Notes under the pieces: model-generated
The model's database searches: none
Seen by the model: the letters and a program-made list of their open reading frames with translations, nothing else
Told to the model about the DNA's origin: nothing
Assembly (NCBI GenBank): GCA_023954495.1
Contig: JAMLIA010000004.1
Location: 13,419-77,418, forward strand
DNA: 64,000 nucleotides
Reading direction: 5' to 3'
From: Thermomicrobiales bacterium
Lineage (GTDB): Bacteria > Chloroflexota > Chloroflexia > Thermomicrobiales > CFX8
Made by a program: the position numbers and the translations under genes
Shown: positions 12,408-21,901 of the stretch, piece by piece
How the letters are laid out: each line of letters begins with the position of its first letter
How positions within the stretch are numbered: position 1 is the first letter of the stretch

Positions 12408-13784
12408 ATGATTGCAGACATCTCGTCACCTGTGCGTCGCGTCCTGTCGTGGTCGCTCCTGTGTCTGGCGTGCGCCGGCTTTCTCCTACTGGGACTGGCT
12501 GAGCGCGATGCGCGCGCTGCCGTGCTCCGACCCGTCCCGGAAGCCCCGCTTCCGTTCGCTCGCCACAAAGTCGTTGGTCTCGATCTTCGCTCGCTCAGCT
12601 CACTCGAATCGCTCCAATGGCTACGGGCCGGAGGCGTCGCACCGTATGCGCTGGTGATCGTGCAGGTCGATTCGGACATTGTCACCGCACTCACCCAGCC
12701 GGACGACCAACCGACGGCTCTGGCGGCCATGGACGAGATCGTCGCCGCTGCGCAGGGGACACCGCTGGCAGTCTGCCTGTCGCGACCGGTCGTTGCCGTC
12801 GGCGGGTTGGCTATCGCGCAGGCGGTGGCCGAAGCCCTCGTTGAACGCTACCCGGGTGCAATCGCCTACGTCCTCGGTTGTGGGATCGAAAATAGCGCCG
12901 AGTGGCATCGCGACCTGTCCAGAGCAATCCGCGGCGAAGACTCGGCACTCGCCCCGGATGTCCTCATCCCGCTATCGGCCGGCGCGACGCTAACGCTATT
13001 CAACACCCCCGACGACGACGCACTCGGCAGCTCGGACATTCTCGGTCGTCTGCCCGGCACCGACCGCTACTCGGCGGCGCTGGTAGCGCTAACTCGACCA
13101 GCCGACGAAGCGCTGGTCACTCACGCCCGTGAAGCGATCACGAACGTGGCGGCGTTGGCACTCGTCCTCGTTCAGCCCGAGCGAAGCATCGATCCAGCAG
13201 CACTGAGTGCATCGTTCAACGCCGTCGGTCTGAACTCGGCGCAGTTGCCTGAGGGATTCTCCAGCGTGACCGCTCCGGGCGTCGCAGCCGATGGCGACTG
13301 GATTCTGTCAACGGTTGGCACCGTCCCATACGCACGCACAACAACGAATGCGGCAATCGCGCTGGAGTTCGTCGGCACGAACGTGTTCGTCCAGGCGCTC
13401 ACATCTCCGGATGGTGGAACCCTGTTGGCATGGATCGATCCGCCCGCTGACGATCCAACCGCCGCGCCGATCGCGCGCATTGACCTGGAGGACGATCAGG
13501 CATCTGACACGACCATCCAGATTGCGACCGGACTTCCCGGACAACGGCATCGCCTGATACTTGCAGCCGAGAATGCTGACGGGCAGAGTGTTTCAGTGTC
13601 CGGGGTCGTCGTGACCGGCCAGGCAGCTGCCGAGCCGATCGCCAATCTGGCGGCGACAGCGCTGCTCGTCATCGCAGTCCTGGCGCTTTCAGAGCGAGCG
13701 CTGGCCAACATCCGCTCAATCCGGGAGAACGAGCAGCAACGCCCCACTCGCGCAATCGGACACCCGCGTGTCTTTAAGCGCTAG
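12408..13784 (+). CDS. hypothetical membrane-anchored/secreted protein
   Basis: 458 aa with an N-terminal hydrophobic segment (LSWSLLCLACAGFLLLGL) and a C-terminal TM helix (AATALLVIAVLAL). It overlaps the next gene by 17 nt. No family recognised. Confidence 0.6.
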   Translation: MIADISSPVRRVLSWSLLCLACAGFLLLGLAERDARAAVLRPVPEAPLPFARHKVVGLDLRSLSSLESLQWLRAGGVAPYALVIVQVDSDIVTALTQPDDQPTALAAMDEIVAAAQGTPLAVCLSRPVVAVGGLAIAQAVAEALVERYPGAIAYVLGCGIENSAEWHRDLSRAIRGEDSALAPDVLIPLSAGATLTLFNTPDDDALGSSDILGRLPGTDRYSAALVALTRPADEALVTHAREAITNVAALALVLVQPERSIDPAALSASFNAVGLNSAQLPEGFSSVTAPGVAADGDWILSTVGTVPYARTTTNAAIALEFVGTNVFVQALTSPDGGTLLAWIDPPADDPTAAPIARIDLEDDQASDTTIQIATGLPGQRHRLILAAENADGQSVSVSGVVVTGQAAAEPIANLAATALLVIAVLALSERALANIRSIRENEQQRPTRAIGHPRVFKR

Positions 13785-15216
13785 CGATCTTCGATCGCAG
13801 GCTCGGGAGATCGTCATCGCGGCGGACGTCGTCGCTGTGATTGCGTTGTGTGGTGTGTTGAACGCGCCGCTGCCGATCGTTGCCTTGCTGTGGCTGATGA
13901 TCGCGTTCGCGGCATTTGTATCGCCGGTAGCCGTTCTCGCTGCCACCGTCGTGACGCTGCCGTGGTTCTTCCATCCGATCGCGGTCGGAAGCGCGCAGTT
14001 CCCGGCGTCCGAACTCTTGCTCGCCGCTGCGGCCTCAGGACTCGGCGCGCAATACGCCATCGCGCTGATCTTCGGGACGCCTTCGATACGCAAAGCCGGA
14101 CTCACCCGCATCCGTGACACGATCACGTCACGGTTGTTCGTGCTCATTACGGCGCTCACGGTGGTTGGCGTTCTCCTCGCCATACGGCCATTCGACATGG
14201 CGCATCGAGCTGATAGCCTGCGTGAATGGCGCTGGACGCTTGCCGGTCCGATGATCCTCGTTGGGGCACTGCTGCTGTCAGCCGGGCGATACCGCCGCCT
14301 GATCGCGTGGGCGTTTATCGTCGGGGCGCTCGCTGCCGCCGCCCAGGGGCTTGGCGACTACCTGATCGGCGGAGGCGTCCAGGTTGAAGGCGTCCGGCGT
14401 GTCGCCGGTCCATTCCCGCATCCCAATGCGCTGGCGCTGTATGTCGCGCGTACCGCGGTATTCGTGGCTGGCTGGTGGGTGCTGGACGCACGTATGCGTC
14501 GCGTGCTGCTTCCTGTCGGTCTCATCCTCGCTGCGGCTGCCGTGGCCACGCTTTCACGCGGAGCGCTGCTGGCGATTGGCATTGTCGGTCTGCTGATCCT
14601 GCTGCGCGCGCCGCGCATGTTGCGCGTCGGCGGCTATGCGCTCGGCGGAGTAACTACAGTCGCGCTCCTCGTCGTCGCGCGCGACCGGATGCTCGATCTC
14701 TTCTCAGGTGGCAGCGGTTCGCTACGGTTATCGATCTGGGAATCGGCACTCAATATGATTGTCGACCGGCCATTCCGGGGCTATGGCAACGATCAATTCC
14801 TCTATGCGTATCTGCCACGCTACATTGATCCGACTGCCTGGAGTGAGCGATTTACCGCGCACGCGCACAACTTCATCCTCGATTTCTGGATTCGTCTCGG
14901 TATAATCGGCGTCGCATTTGCGCTGCTCGCGGCCCTCGCGTGTACGATAGGTGCGGTGCGTGTGGCAGTTGCGACCGATCACGAAGATGCCATCGCGGGC
15001 GCAGCGCTGTTCGGACTGCTCGCTGTTGTCATCCACGGTCTGGTCGACAACGCGTATTTCACGCACGACCTGGCAATGTCAGCCTGGATCCTCGCCTGGC
15101 TCGCCTTTGGAGCACGGAGCGGCGGAGAACGAGAGGAACTCTTCCCGGATGCGCGTTCTGGTAGCTGGCGGAGCTGGATTCATCGGTTCTCACCTCGCAG
15201 AGGGCCTGCTCAATGA
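13768..15216 (+). CDS. O-antigen ligase/polymerase (Wzy_C)-family membrane protein, copy 1
   Basis: Polytopic. SRGALLAIGIVGLL and HAHNFILDFWIRLGIIG are typical of the Wzy_C/O-antigen ligase domain. Confidence 0.75.
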   Translation: MSLSASDLRSQAREIVIAADVVAVIALCGVLNAPLPIVALLWLMIAFAAFVSPVAVLAATVVTLPWFFHPIAVGSAQFPASELLLAAAASGLGAQYAIALIFGTPSIRKAGLTRIRDTITSRLFVLITALTVVGVLLAIRPFDMAHRADSLREWRWTLAGPMILVGALLLSAGRYRRLIAWAFIVGALAAAAQGLGDYLIGGGVQVEGVRRVAGPFPHPNALALYVARTAVFVAGWWVLDARMRRVLLPVGLILAAAAVATLSRGALLAIGIVGLLILLRAPRMLRVGGYALGGVTTVALLVVARDRMLDLFSGGSGSLRLSIWESALNMIVDRPFRGYGNDQFLYAYLPRYIDPTAWSERFTAHAHNFILDFWIRLGIIGVAFALLAALACTIGAVRVAVATDHEDAIAGAALFGLLAVVIHGLVDNAYFTHDLAMSAWILAWLAFGARSGGEREELFPDARSGSWRSWIHRFSPRRGPAQ

Positions 15217-16093
15217 CGGCCTTGACGTCGTCATCGTCGATAGTTTCATAACCGGACGGCGCATCAACCTGAGCACGTTCGCCGACCACCCTCGGCTGAC
15301 CATTGTTGAGCAGGACATTGTCGAGCCGTTCAACATTGGCCACGTCGATCAGATATTCCACCTCGCCAGCCCTGCGAGCCCGGTTGGCTACATGCGCCAT
15401 CCGATCGAGACGCACCTCGTCAACTCAGTCGGCACGCTCAATCTGCTGCGCATCGCCAAGAGCACTGGGGCCTCATTCCTGTACACCTCGACGAGCGAAG
15501 CCTATGGGAACCCAACTGTGCATCCGCAGACCGAAGACTATTTCGGCAACGTCAACCCGATCGGACCGCGCTCCTGCTACGACGAAAGCAAGCGATTCGG
15601 AGAGTCGATCACGATGGAGTTCGTCCGCCAGTGGGGTCTCGATGCGCGGATCGTGCGCATCTTCAACACCTACGGACCACGAACTGATCCCGAGGATGGG
15701 CGAGTCATCCCTAGCTTCATCTCGCTGGCTGAAGACCGCAAGCCGCTGGTGATTTTTGGCGATGGCTCCCAGACCAGATCTCTGTGTTACGTCTCTGATC
15801 TGGTTCGGGCATTGCGGCTGGCCATGGTGACTCCGGGCACGCAAGGCGAAGTCATCAACCTCGGCAACCCTGACGAACGGACTATTCTGGAGATCGCAAC
15901 GATCATCAGTGAACGATGCGGTTCGGATGCCGGAATGCGCTTCGAGCCGGCGCGGCAGGACGATCCCGATCGCCGCCGGCCCGACATCTCGAAGGCAACC
16001 CGCTTGCTGGGCTGGCAGCCGGAGGTTGAGCTGGACGCGGGTCTCACCCAAACGATTGACTACTTCCGTACGGTGGAACGCATCGCGGGATAA
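15149..16093 (+). CDS. UDP-glucuronate decarboxylase (UDP-xylose synthase)-like SDR
   Basis: MRVLVAGGAGFIGSHL (GxxGxxG at the N-terminus fixes the start at 15149), TSTSEAYG and YDESKRFGE. The start lies 68 nt inside the preceding gene. Confidence 0.8.
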   Translation: MRVLVAGGAGFIGSHLAEGLLNDGLDVVIVDSFITGRRINLSTFADHPRLTIVEQDIVEPFNIGHVDQIFHLASPASPVGYMRHPIETHLVNSVGTLNLLRIAKSTGASFLYTSTSEAYGNPTVHPQTEDYFGNVNPIGPRSCYDESKRFGESITMEFVRQWGLDARIVRIFNTYGPRTDPEDGRVIPSFISLAEDRKPLVIFGDGSQTRSLCYVSDLVRALRLAMVTPGTQGEVINLGNPDERTILEIATIISERCGSDAGMRFEPARQDDPDRRRPDISKATRLLGWQPEVELDAGLTQTIDYFRTVERIAG

Positions 16094-17622
16094 TGGCAAC
16101 GTCTGCGGCCCGCGTCGCCCTGCCTGCGCCCGGAACGCGTCTGCCGCTCGTTGTCGGCGTTGCCACCGCGGCGACGGCACTCGCAAGCTCACTCATTTCG
16201 CCGCTGCTGATGCCGATCGTCGCCGCTATGGCGATCCTGGCCATTGTCCTCCTGCGCTATCCGTGGCTGAGCGTCGCTCTCCTGGTCGCCAGCGTCCCAG
16301 TTCAGCAGATCGGTGCCGTGTCAGGGCTAACCGCAACGCGCGTTGCTCTGCTCGTCGCTATTGCGTGCACCGCTGCATCACTTCTGGTTGCGCGTGAGTC
16401 GCTTCGCGGGACGCGGCTGGTCATTCCGTTTCTGACCCTACTGACGTGGATGGGATTTACAATCGCGATCGCGAATCACCCGGGTGCTGCAGCGGCGGAG
16501 CTCTTTCGCTGGTCGACGGCGCTCGTCGCGTTTGTGCTAGTGATGCACTTCCTGTTAACCGGAAGCCGCAACCGAATCCTCGGCTTTGTGGCTGCGATCG
16601 CAATCGCTGGCGCGTTAGAGTCGCTGGCCGGAACCGTGCTTGGTCTCATCGGGTTTGGCCCCGCGAGCTTCGCCGTTGCCGGCTCGATTTCGCGCGCGTA
16701 CGGTTCCTTTGGCCGACCAAATTCATTTGCCGGATTCCTGGAGATGTCGCTGTTTCCGGCGCTGTGGCTGGCCGTCTACATGCTGTCGCAGGTGTGGACC
16801 GACCTTCGCGACTACCGTGTCGCGCGACTGCGCGGGTTTGCGACCAGCCGCGAACAGCGCAAGAAGCTACTCTGGTCGAGCGCGATCTTCGCGCTGTTGG
16901 GCGGGTCGGCTGCCGTCATGTTGCTCGGCGTGCTGATCAGCTTCTCACGCGGGGCGTGGCTCGGCGTTGCTGCAGGTCTCGCTGTATCGGGGCTTCTCGC
17001 GTTGCGCCATCGCGTCGTGCTCGTCATCGCAGCCGCGCCCATCGTCACACTCCTCGGGCTGCTGGTTCTGGCGTCCATCGCGCCAGCATCGCTCACCGAC
17101 CGCCTGGCCTCAATTGCTGACGAAGCCCGACCGTTCAACGCCGCATCCATTCCGATCACGCCGGAGAACTTTGCGGTTGTCGAGCGAATGGCGCATTGGC
17201 AGGCCGGCTGGAACATGTTCGAGGATCACCCGTTAACCGGCGTTGGTATTGGCAACTTCAACGCCAGATATCCGGACTACTTCGTGCGGACGGAGTTCCG
17301 CTATTCGCAGGGTCACGCGCACAACTACTACATCCATACATTGGCAGAGACAGGCATGATCGGGCTGGTTCTCTATCTGACGCTTGCAGGCAGTTTCCTG
17401 ATCCTCGCTGCGATGGTCGCAGTTCGATCCACTGATTTGATGGCACGGTTTGTGGCTATCGGAGCGGCAGGAACAATGACGGCGGTCTACGTACACAACG
17501 TGTTCGAGGACCTGCATGTTCTCAATCTTGGCATTCTGATTAGCTCTGCCTGGGCGTTGGCAGTCGTCGCGCATCGACTGTCGCGCGCGAGCGTGACAGA
17601 CGTGGAATACTCGCCGGAATGA
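16093..17622 (+). CDS. O-antigen ligase/polymerase (Wzy_C)-family membrane protein, copy 2
   Basis: Polytopic. SRGAWLGVAAG and GHAHNYYIHTLAETGMIGL. Its ATG overlaps the upstream TAA (ATAATG). Confidence 0.75.
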   Translation: MATSAARVALPAPGTRLPLVVGVATAATALASSLISPLLMPIVAAMAILAIVLLRYPWLSVALLVASVPVQQIGAVSGLTATRVALLVAIACTAASLLVARESLRGTRLVIPFLTLLTWMGFTIAIANHPGAAAAELFRWSTALVAFVLVMHFLLTGSRNRILGFVAAIAIAGALESLAGTVLGLIGFGPASFAVAGSISRAYGSFGRPNSFAGFLEMSLFPALWLAVYMLSQVWTDLRDYRVARLRGFATSREQRKKLLWSSAIFALLGGSAAVMLLGVLISFSRGAWLGVAAGLAVSGLLALRHRVVLVIAAAPIVTLLGLLVLASIAPASLTDRLASIADEARPFNAASIPITPENFAVVERMAHWQAGWNMFEDHPLTGVGIGNFNARYPDYFVRTEFRYSQGHAHNYYIHTLAETGMIGLVLYLTLAGSFLILAAMVAVRSTDLMARFVAIGAAGTMTAVYVHNVFEDLHVLNLGILISSAWALAVVAHRLSRASVTDVEYSPE

Positions 17623-18677
17623 CGTACGACGCATCCATCATTGAAGAGAACCAGCCGGTTTCGCTCAGCGTGTCCGGAGAAGCTGACCAGACGCACTCGC
17701 AGCCGCCATCGATTGGCGAGCGTCTGCGTTCGCCGCAAACCATCATTTCGTTCATCATCGCGTTTGCGCTGATCTACTTCATCTTCACCCAGCTCAATAT
17801 CAACATCGCCGATGTCTGGTCGCAGATTCGCAATGCGAACCCGTTCTATCTCTTCCTCGGATTCGCGGCCTACTACGGCTCATTCCCATTCCGGGCGGCA
17901 CGCTGGCGGCGGTTATTGAAGAACGCCGGTATCAGCGAAGAGACGGGCTACGCAATCCCGAATACCAAGGGATTGACCGAAATCTACGTCCTTGGCTGGT
18001 TTGCTAACTGCGTCGTGCCGGCCAAGCTCGGAGATGCCTACCGCGGTTATCTGCTCAAGAAGCACGCTGGACCGTCATTCAGCCGAACACTCGGCACGAT
18101 CTTCGCCGAGCGACTGCTCGATGTCGTCGCGCTCGTTGTCATCATGATGCTGTCGGCGCTGTTCGTGTTCCACGGCAGCGTGCCTTCGTCGTTGCGACCC
18201 TGGTTTGTCGTAGGTGCGGTGCTGGTTGTCATCGGCATCGGCGGGCTGATCGCATTGATGACGGCAAGCCATCACCTGCAACGGCTGGTGCCGCAGCGCT
18301 TCCGGCAGAACTACATCACCCTGGCCGATGGCATCGTTACGTCGTTTTCGCGCTCCGGTTTCGTGGCCATCGCCTCACTGACCGTTTTCGTCTGGCTGCT
18401 TGAAGGCGTGCGCGTGTATTTTGGTGCGCAGGCGATCGGGGTGGATCTCTCCATCTCGGCCGCCCTCTTTGTCGCCCTGCTCGCCAGCCTGCTGACGACC
18501 GTTCCGTTCACACCGGCCGGCATGGGCTTTGTCGAGGGCGGGACTGTTCTCGCTGTTAAGCTCTTCGGTGTCACTGCCGCCCAGGCAACCGCTGTCGCCA
18601 TCATTGATCGCACAATCGCCAGTTATAGTGTTGTGATCATTGGTGGGCTGCTGTACTTCATCACCAAGCGCAAGTAG
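17619..18677 (+). CDS. flippase-like membrane protein (UPF0104 / LPG-synthase TM-region family)
   Basis: FRAARWRRLL...GWFANCVVPAKLGDAYRGYLLKK, typical of UPF0104. ATGA overlap with the previous gene. Confidence 0.65.
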   Translation: MTYDASIIEENQPVSLSVSGEADQTHSQPPSIGERLRSPQTIISFIIAFALIYFIFTQLNINIADVWSQIRNANPFYLFLGFAAYYGSFPFRAARWRRLLKNAGISEETGYAIPNTKGLTEIYVLGWFANCVVPAKLGDAYRGYLLKKHAGPSFSRTLGTIFAERLLDVVALVVIMMLSALFVFHGSVPSSLRPWFVVGAVLVVIGIGGLIALMTASHHLQRLVPQRFRQNYITLADGIVTSFSRSGFVAIASLTVFVWLLEGVRVYFGAQAIGVDLSISAALFVALLASLLTTVPFTPAGMGFVEGGTVLAVKLFGVTAAQATAVAIIDRTIASYSVVIIGGLLYFITKRK

Positions 18678-18682
18678 CTGCG

Positions 18683-19795
18683 ATGCGAATCGCCTACGAC
18701 GCAACCGCTGCCGCTACCCAGATTGCCGGCGTCGGTCGCTATGCCCGCGAGCTACTTCGTGAGCTGGTCACGCTCGAGCCATCCGACAGTTTCCAGGTCG
18801 TGTGTGCTGCCGACCGCTCCCAAGGCAACGAGTTGCTCGATTCACTCCCTCCCGGCGCTGCGCGGACTGTTCGCATGATCCCGGGCGGCTATCGCTGGTC
18901 GACCGTTTTTTGGCAACGCCTCCGTATGCCGCTTCCAGTTGATGTCCTGATCAACAACGTCGATGTCTTTCACGCCACTGACTTCGTCGCGCCACCGACC
19001 CGGATGCCGCTGGTCACGACGGTTCACGATCTTTCGTTCCTCCGCGTACCTGAATTCGGCGACGAACGACTGGTGCGCTACCTGACCAACACGGTTCCGC
19101 GGACACTGGCGCGAAGTGCTCAGATCATTGCCGTATCCGCGTCAGTGGCTGTCGAGATCGCTGAGTCATATCCCGATGTGCGCGAGCGGGTCGTCGCGAT
19201 ACCGAACGGCGTCCGATTGCCGACCGGGCCGATGGTTCGCACCGTTCCAGACGAACCCGTCGTGCTGATTGTCGGAACCGTTGAGCCTCGCAAGAATCAT
19301 CTCGCGCTGATAGCGGCGATGGACGAGGTGCGGACGCACGTGCCCGAAGCGAAGCTGGTCGTCGTCGGACGCGCTGGCTGGAAGTCAGATCGCATCGTCG
19401 AGGCAATTTGCGCCGCGGAACAGCAGGGCTGGGCTACCTGGCTTGATTCAGCTACTGATGACCAGCTTGAGGACGCTTTCGCCCGCGCATCGGTGTTCGC
19501 CTACCCCTCCTGGTACGAGGGCTTTGGTTTGCCGGTGCTTGAGGCCATGGCGCGTGGCGTCCCGGTCGTAGCTGGCGACATCCCCGTCTTGCGCGAGGTC
19601 GGAGGTGACGCTGCGTCCTACGCCAGCCCTGCGAACCCATCTGAGATTGCCGACCGTATCACGACACTGCTTCAGGGCACAGCTGACCGCGAAGAGTTCG
19701 GATCGCGCGGGCTCTCGCAAGCAGCAGGCTATAGTTGGCGACGGACCGCAGAGGCGACACGGCGAGTCTACGCACGAGCAATCGAAATGAGCTAA
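18683..19795 (+). CDS. GT4-family glycosyltransferase
   Basis: EGFGLPVLEAMARGVPVV (E-x7-E region) and overall GT-B length. Confidence 0.85.
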   Translation: MRIAYDATAAATQIAGVGRYARELLRELVTLEPSDSFQVVCAADRSQGNELLDSLPPGAARTVRMIPGGYRWSTVFWQRLRMPLPVDVLINNVDVFHATDFVAPPTRMPLVTTVHDLSFLRVPEFGDERLVRYLTNTVPRTLARSAQIIAVSASVAVEIAESYPDVRERVVAIPNGVRLPTGPMVRTVPDEPVVLIVGTVEPRKNHLALIAAMDEVRTHVPEAKLVVVGRAGWKSDRIVEAICAAEQQGWATWLDSATDDQLEDAFARASVFAYPSWYEGFGLPVLEAMARGVPVVAGDIPVLREVGGDAASYASPANPSEIADRITTLLQGTADREEFGSRGLSQAAGYSWRRTAEATRRVYARAIEMS

Positions 19796-19965
19796 TGGCC
19801 GAACGCGACTCTCCCCCCACGACACAACCCGACGACAGCGCGCAGGATCAGGGATTCTGGGACCGGCACGCGAAATTGTCGATCCTCCTGATCGCTGGTG
19901 TATTTTATGTCGTGTTGCTCGGGATGTGCTTCGTTGTGTTTGCCTGGCTCTGGCTTCGCGCATAG
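19795..19965 (+). CDS. small (56 aa) single-pass membrane protein
   Basis: ATG overlaps the GT4 stop (TAATG). One TM helix (LSILLIAGVFYVVLLGMCFVVFAWLWL). It stops 3 nt before the next ATG, suggesting translational coupling. Confidence 0.5.
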   Translation: MAERDSPPTTQPDDSAQDQGFWDRHAKLSILLIAGVFYVVLLGMCFVVFAWLWLRA

Positions 19966-19968
19966 ACC

Positions 19969-21588
19969 ATGGCAGAGTTGCTCACGAATCCAACGATCAT
20001 CGTCTGCGGCGTCATCGTCTCATTCGTGGCCCTCATCGTCGGCGGCTGGAGCGTCACGATAGCCCCCGGCGCAACAGCGAAACGCGACGAGGATGCCGTC
20101 CGACGAATCGCCCGCAACAGCGCCGTCCCAATCGCATCGCAGCTCGTCGTCCGTTTCGTCGATCTGGCTGTCGCCATTGTGATCCTGCGCCTGCTCGGCC
20201 CGGTCGGCAACGGTCGCTACGCCGTAGCCGTGATTGTCTGGCTCTATGTCAAGACGATCTCCGACTTCGGCTTGAGCCTGCTCGCGACGCGTGACGTCGC
20301 CCGCGACCCAACCCTCGCCGGGCGCATCACCGGCTCGACGACACTGCTCCGGATCGCGGTTCTGGCAGCCGCGACGATCCCCGCCGGTGGCTACCTGCTG
20401 CTTGGATACCAGCGCGGCGATCTCGCAGGCGATTCGGTCACCGCCGCGTTGCTGCTCCTCGCGTCGATCATTCCGAGCAGCTTCACCGAGGCGGTCAATT
20501 CAGTCCTGAACGGCCTCGAACGCATGACCGTCGCCGCCTGGCTCAACGTGACGGTGAGTGTGTCGAAGGCACCGCTTGTCGTCCTCCTTGCCGCCTCCCA
20601 CCTTGAGGTGGTTGGCGTCGCAGTGGCCGCGCTGATCGCCTCGTCAGCGTCTGCCGTACTCTATGCACGGGCGTACCGGATGATCGTTCGCGATCGCATC
20701 ATCTGGTCGCTCGATCGCCACACTGCCGTCAGGCTGGCCCGCGAGAGTTGGCCGCTCCTGGCCGGAGCACTCCTCGTCAACCTGTTCTTTCGCGTAGACG
20801 TCTTCCTCGTCCAGTCTTTTCAGGGCGACCGCGAGCTTGGCCTCTATGACGCGGCCTACAAGCTGATCAACCTGGTGACGATCATTCCGGCCTACGTGAC
20901 GCTGGCCATGTTCCCGGCGCTCGCTGTTCGTGGCGGTGACATGGCGCAGCTCCGCCGCGTGCAGCGCCTGGCGGTGCATTTGCTGGTCTGGCTGGCGTGG
21001 GGCATCGTGGCGGTCGTCGTCGGGGGTGCAGAGCTGGCGATCCACGTGCTTGCTGGTCGCGATTATCTGCCCGAGGCGTCGACGCTGCTCCAGATTCTCA
21101 TCCTGTTCGCCCCGCTCTCGTTCCTGAACGGCATCGTCCAGTACGTGCTGGTGGCGATGAACGAGCAACGTCGGATCGTGCCGGTGTTCGGGCTGGCAGT
21201 GGCGTTCAACCTTGGTCTCAATCTGCTCCTGATCCCGACTCACGGTGCACGCGGCGCAGCCATCGTCACTGTCGCCACCGAGCTGGTCATCTTCGGCACG
21301 TTCTTCGTTGCAACACACCGAACTGCCCTGCCCCTGCGGTTCGACGACCTCCGCCCGCTGTGGAAACCAACGGTCGCGGGTGTCCTTGCTGGAGCGGTCA
21401 GCTACGAAACGGCGGCCGAAGCGGGCCCCTTCTTTGGGGCGATTGCCGGGGGGGCCGTGTTTCTAACACTCACTCTGGTGACGCGTGTATTCGGCCCAGA
21501 AGAACGCCAGATCCTACTTCGTGCAGTCGGACGCGGGCGTACGGACGTCGTTGCCGAAACCCCACCCACGCAGGCCGGCTCGCCTTGA
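19969..21588 (+). CDS. polysaccharide/oligosaccharide flippase (MOP/Wzx-like)
   Basis: 539 aa with about 14 predicted TM helices, last gene of the glycan cluster. The call rests on general family resemblance only. Confidence 0.65.
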   Translation: MAELLTNPTIIVCGVIVSFVALIVGGWSVTIAPGATAKRDEDAVRRIARNSAVPIASQLVVRFVDLAVAIVILRLLGPVGNGRYAVAVIVWLYVKTISDFGLSLLATRDVARDPTLAGRITGSTTLLRIAVLAAATIPAGGYLLLGYQRGDLAGDSVTAALLLLASIIPSSFTEAVNSVLNGLERMTVAAWLNVTVSVSKAPLVVLLAASHLEVVGVAVAALIASSASAVLYARAYRMIVRDRIIWSLDRHTAVRLARESWPLLAGALLVNLFFRVDVFLVQSFQGDRELGLYDAAYKLINLVTIIPAYVTLAMFPALAVRGGDMAQLRRVQRLAVHLLVWLAWGIVAVVVGGAELAIHVLAGRDYLPEASTLLQILILFAPLSFLNGIVQYVLVAMNEQRRIVPVFGLAVAFNLGLNLLLIPTHGARGAAIVTVATELVIFGTFFVATHRTALPLRFDDLRPLWKPTVAGVLAGAVSYETAAEAGPFFGAIAGGAVFLTLTLVTRVFGPEERQILLRAVGRGRTDVVAETPPTQAGSP

Positions 21589-21625
21589 CACCCAATCGAC
21601 GGCCAGTGTATCCTTCGGGCGCTGT

Positions 21626-21702
21626 GGAGGCGTGGTGTAGTGGCCTAACATGCAGCCCTGTCAAGGCTGAGATCGCGGGTTCGAATCCCGTCGCTTCCGC
21701 CA
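21626..21702 (+). tRNA. tRNA-Asp (GTC), CCA encoded
   Basis: Cloverleaf by hand: acceptor GGAGGCG/CGCTTCC, anticodon arm CAGCC-CTGTCAA-GGCTG, T arm GCGGG-TTCGAAT-CCCGT, then G-CCA. Confidence 0.9.
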
Positions 21703-21748
21703 AGAACACACACGAGACGAGTCGTGTGGAATAACAAAGATTTGGGAC

Positions 21749-21780
21749 GGCTGAGGCATTTCTGCCTCAGCCTTTCTGTT
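21749..21780 (+). terminator. intrinsic terminator after tRNA-Asp
   Basis: GGCTGAGGCA-TTTC-TGCCTCAGCC perfect 10-bp stem followed by TTTCTGTT. Confidence 0.75.
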
Positions 21781-21901
21781 GTCATGCAGTTGCGCGTGCG
21801 CTATGCGCAATCCGAATGCACCACACCCGATGAGTTCGGGTTAAATCCGGAGACGGCAGCGGATAAAGAAGTCGTCTGACTCATGAACGGACGCACTGTC
21901 C

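Noticed and set aside
14951-15148. Longer version of the UXS-like ORF starting at 14951
   Set aside because: The extra 66 residues lie inside the Wzy_C-1 coding region, in another frame, and precede the obligatory N-terminal Rossmann GxxGxxG.
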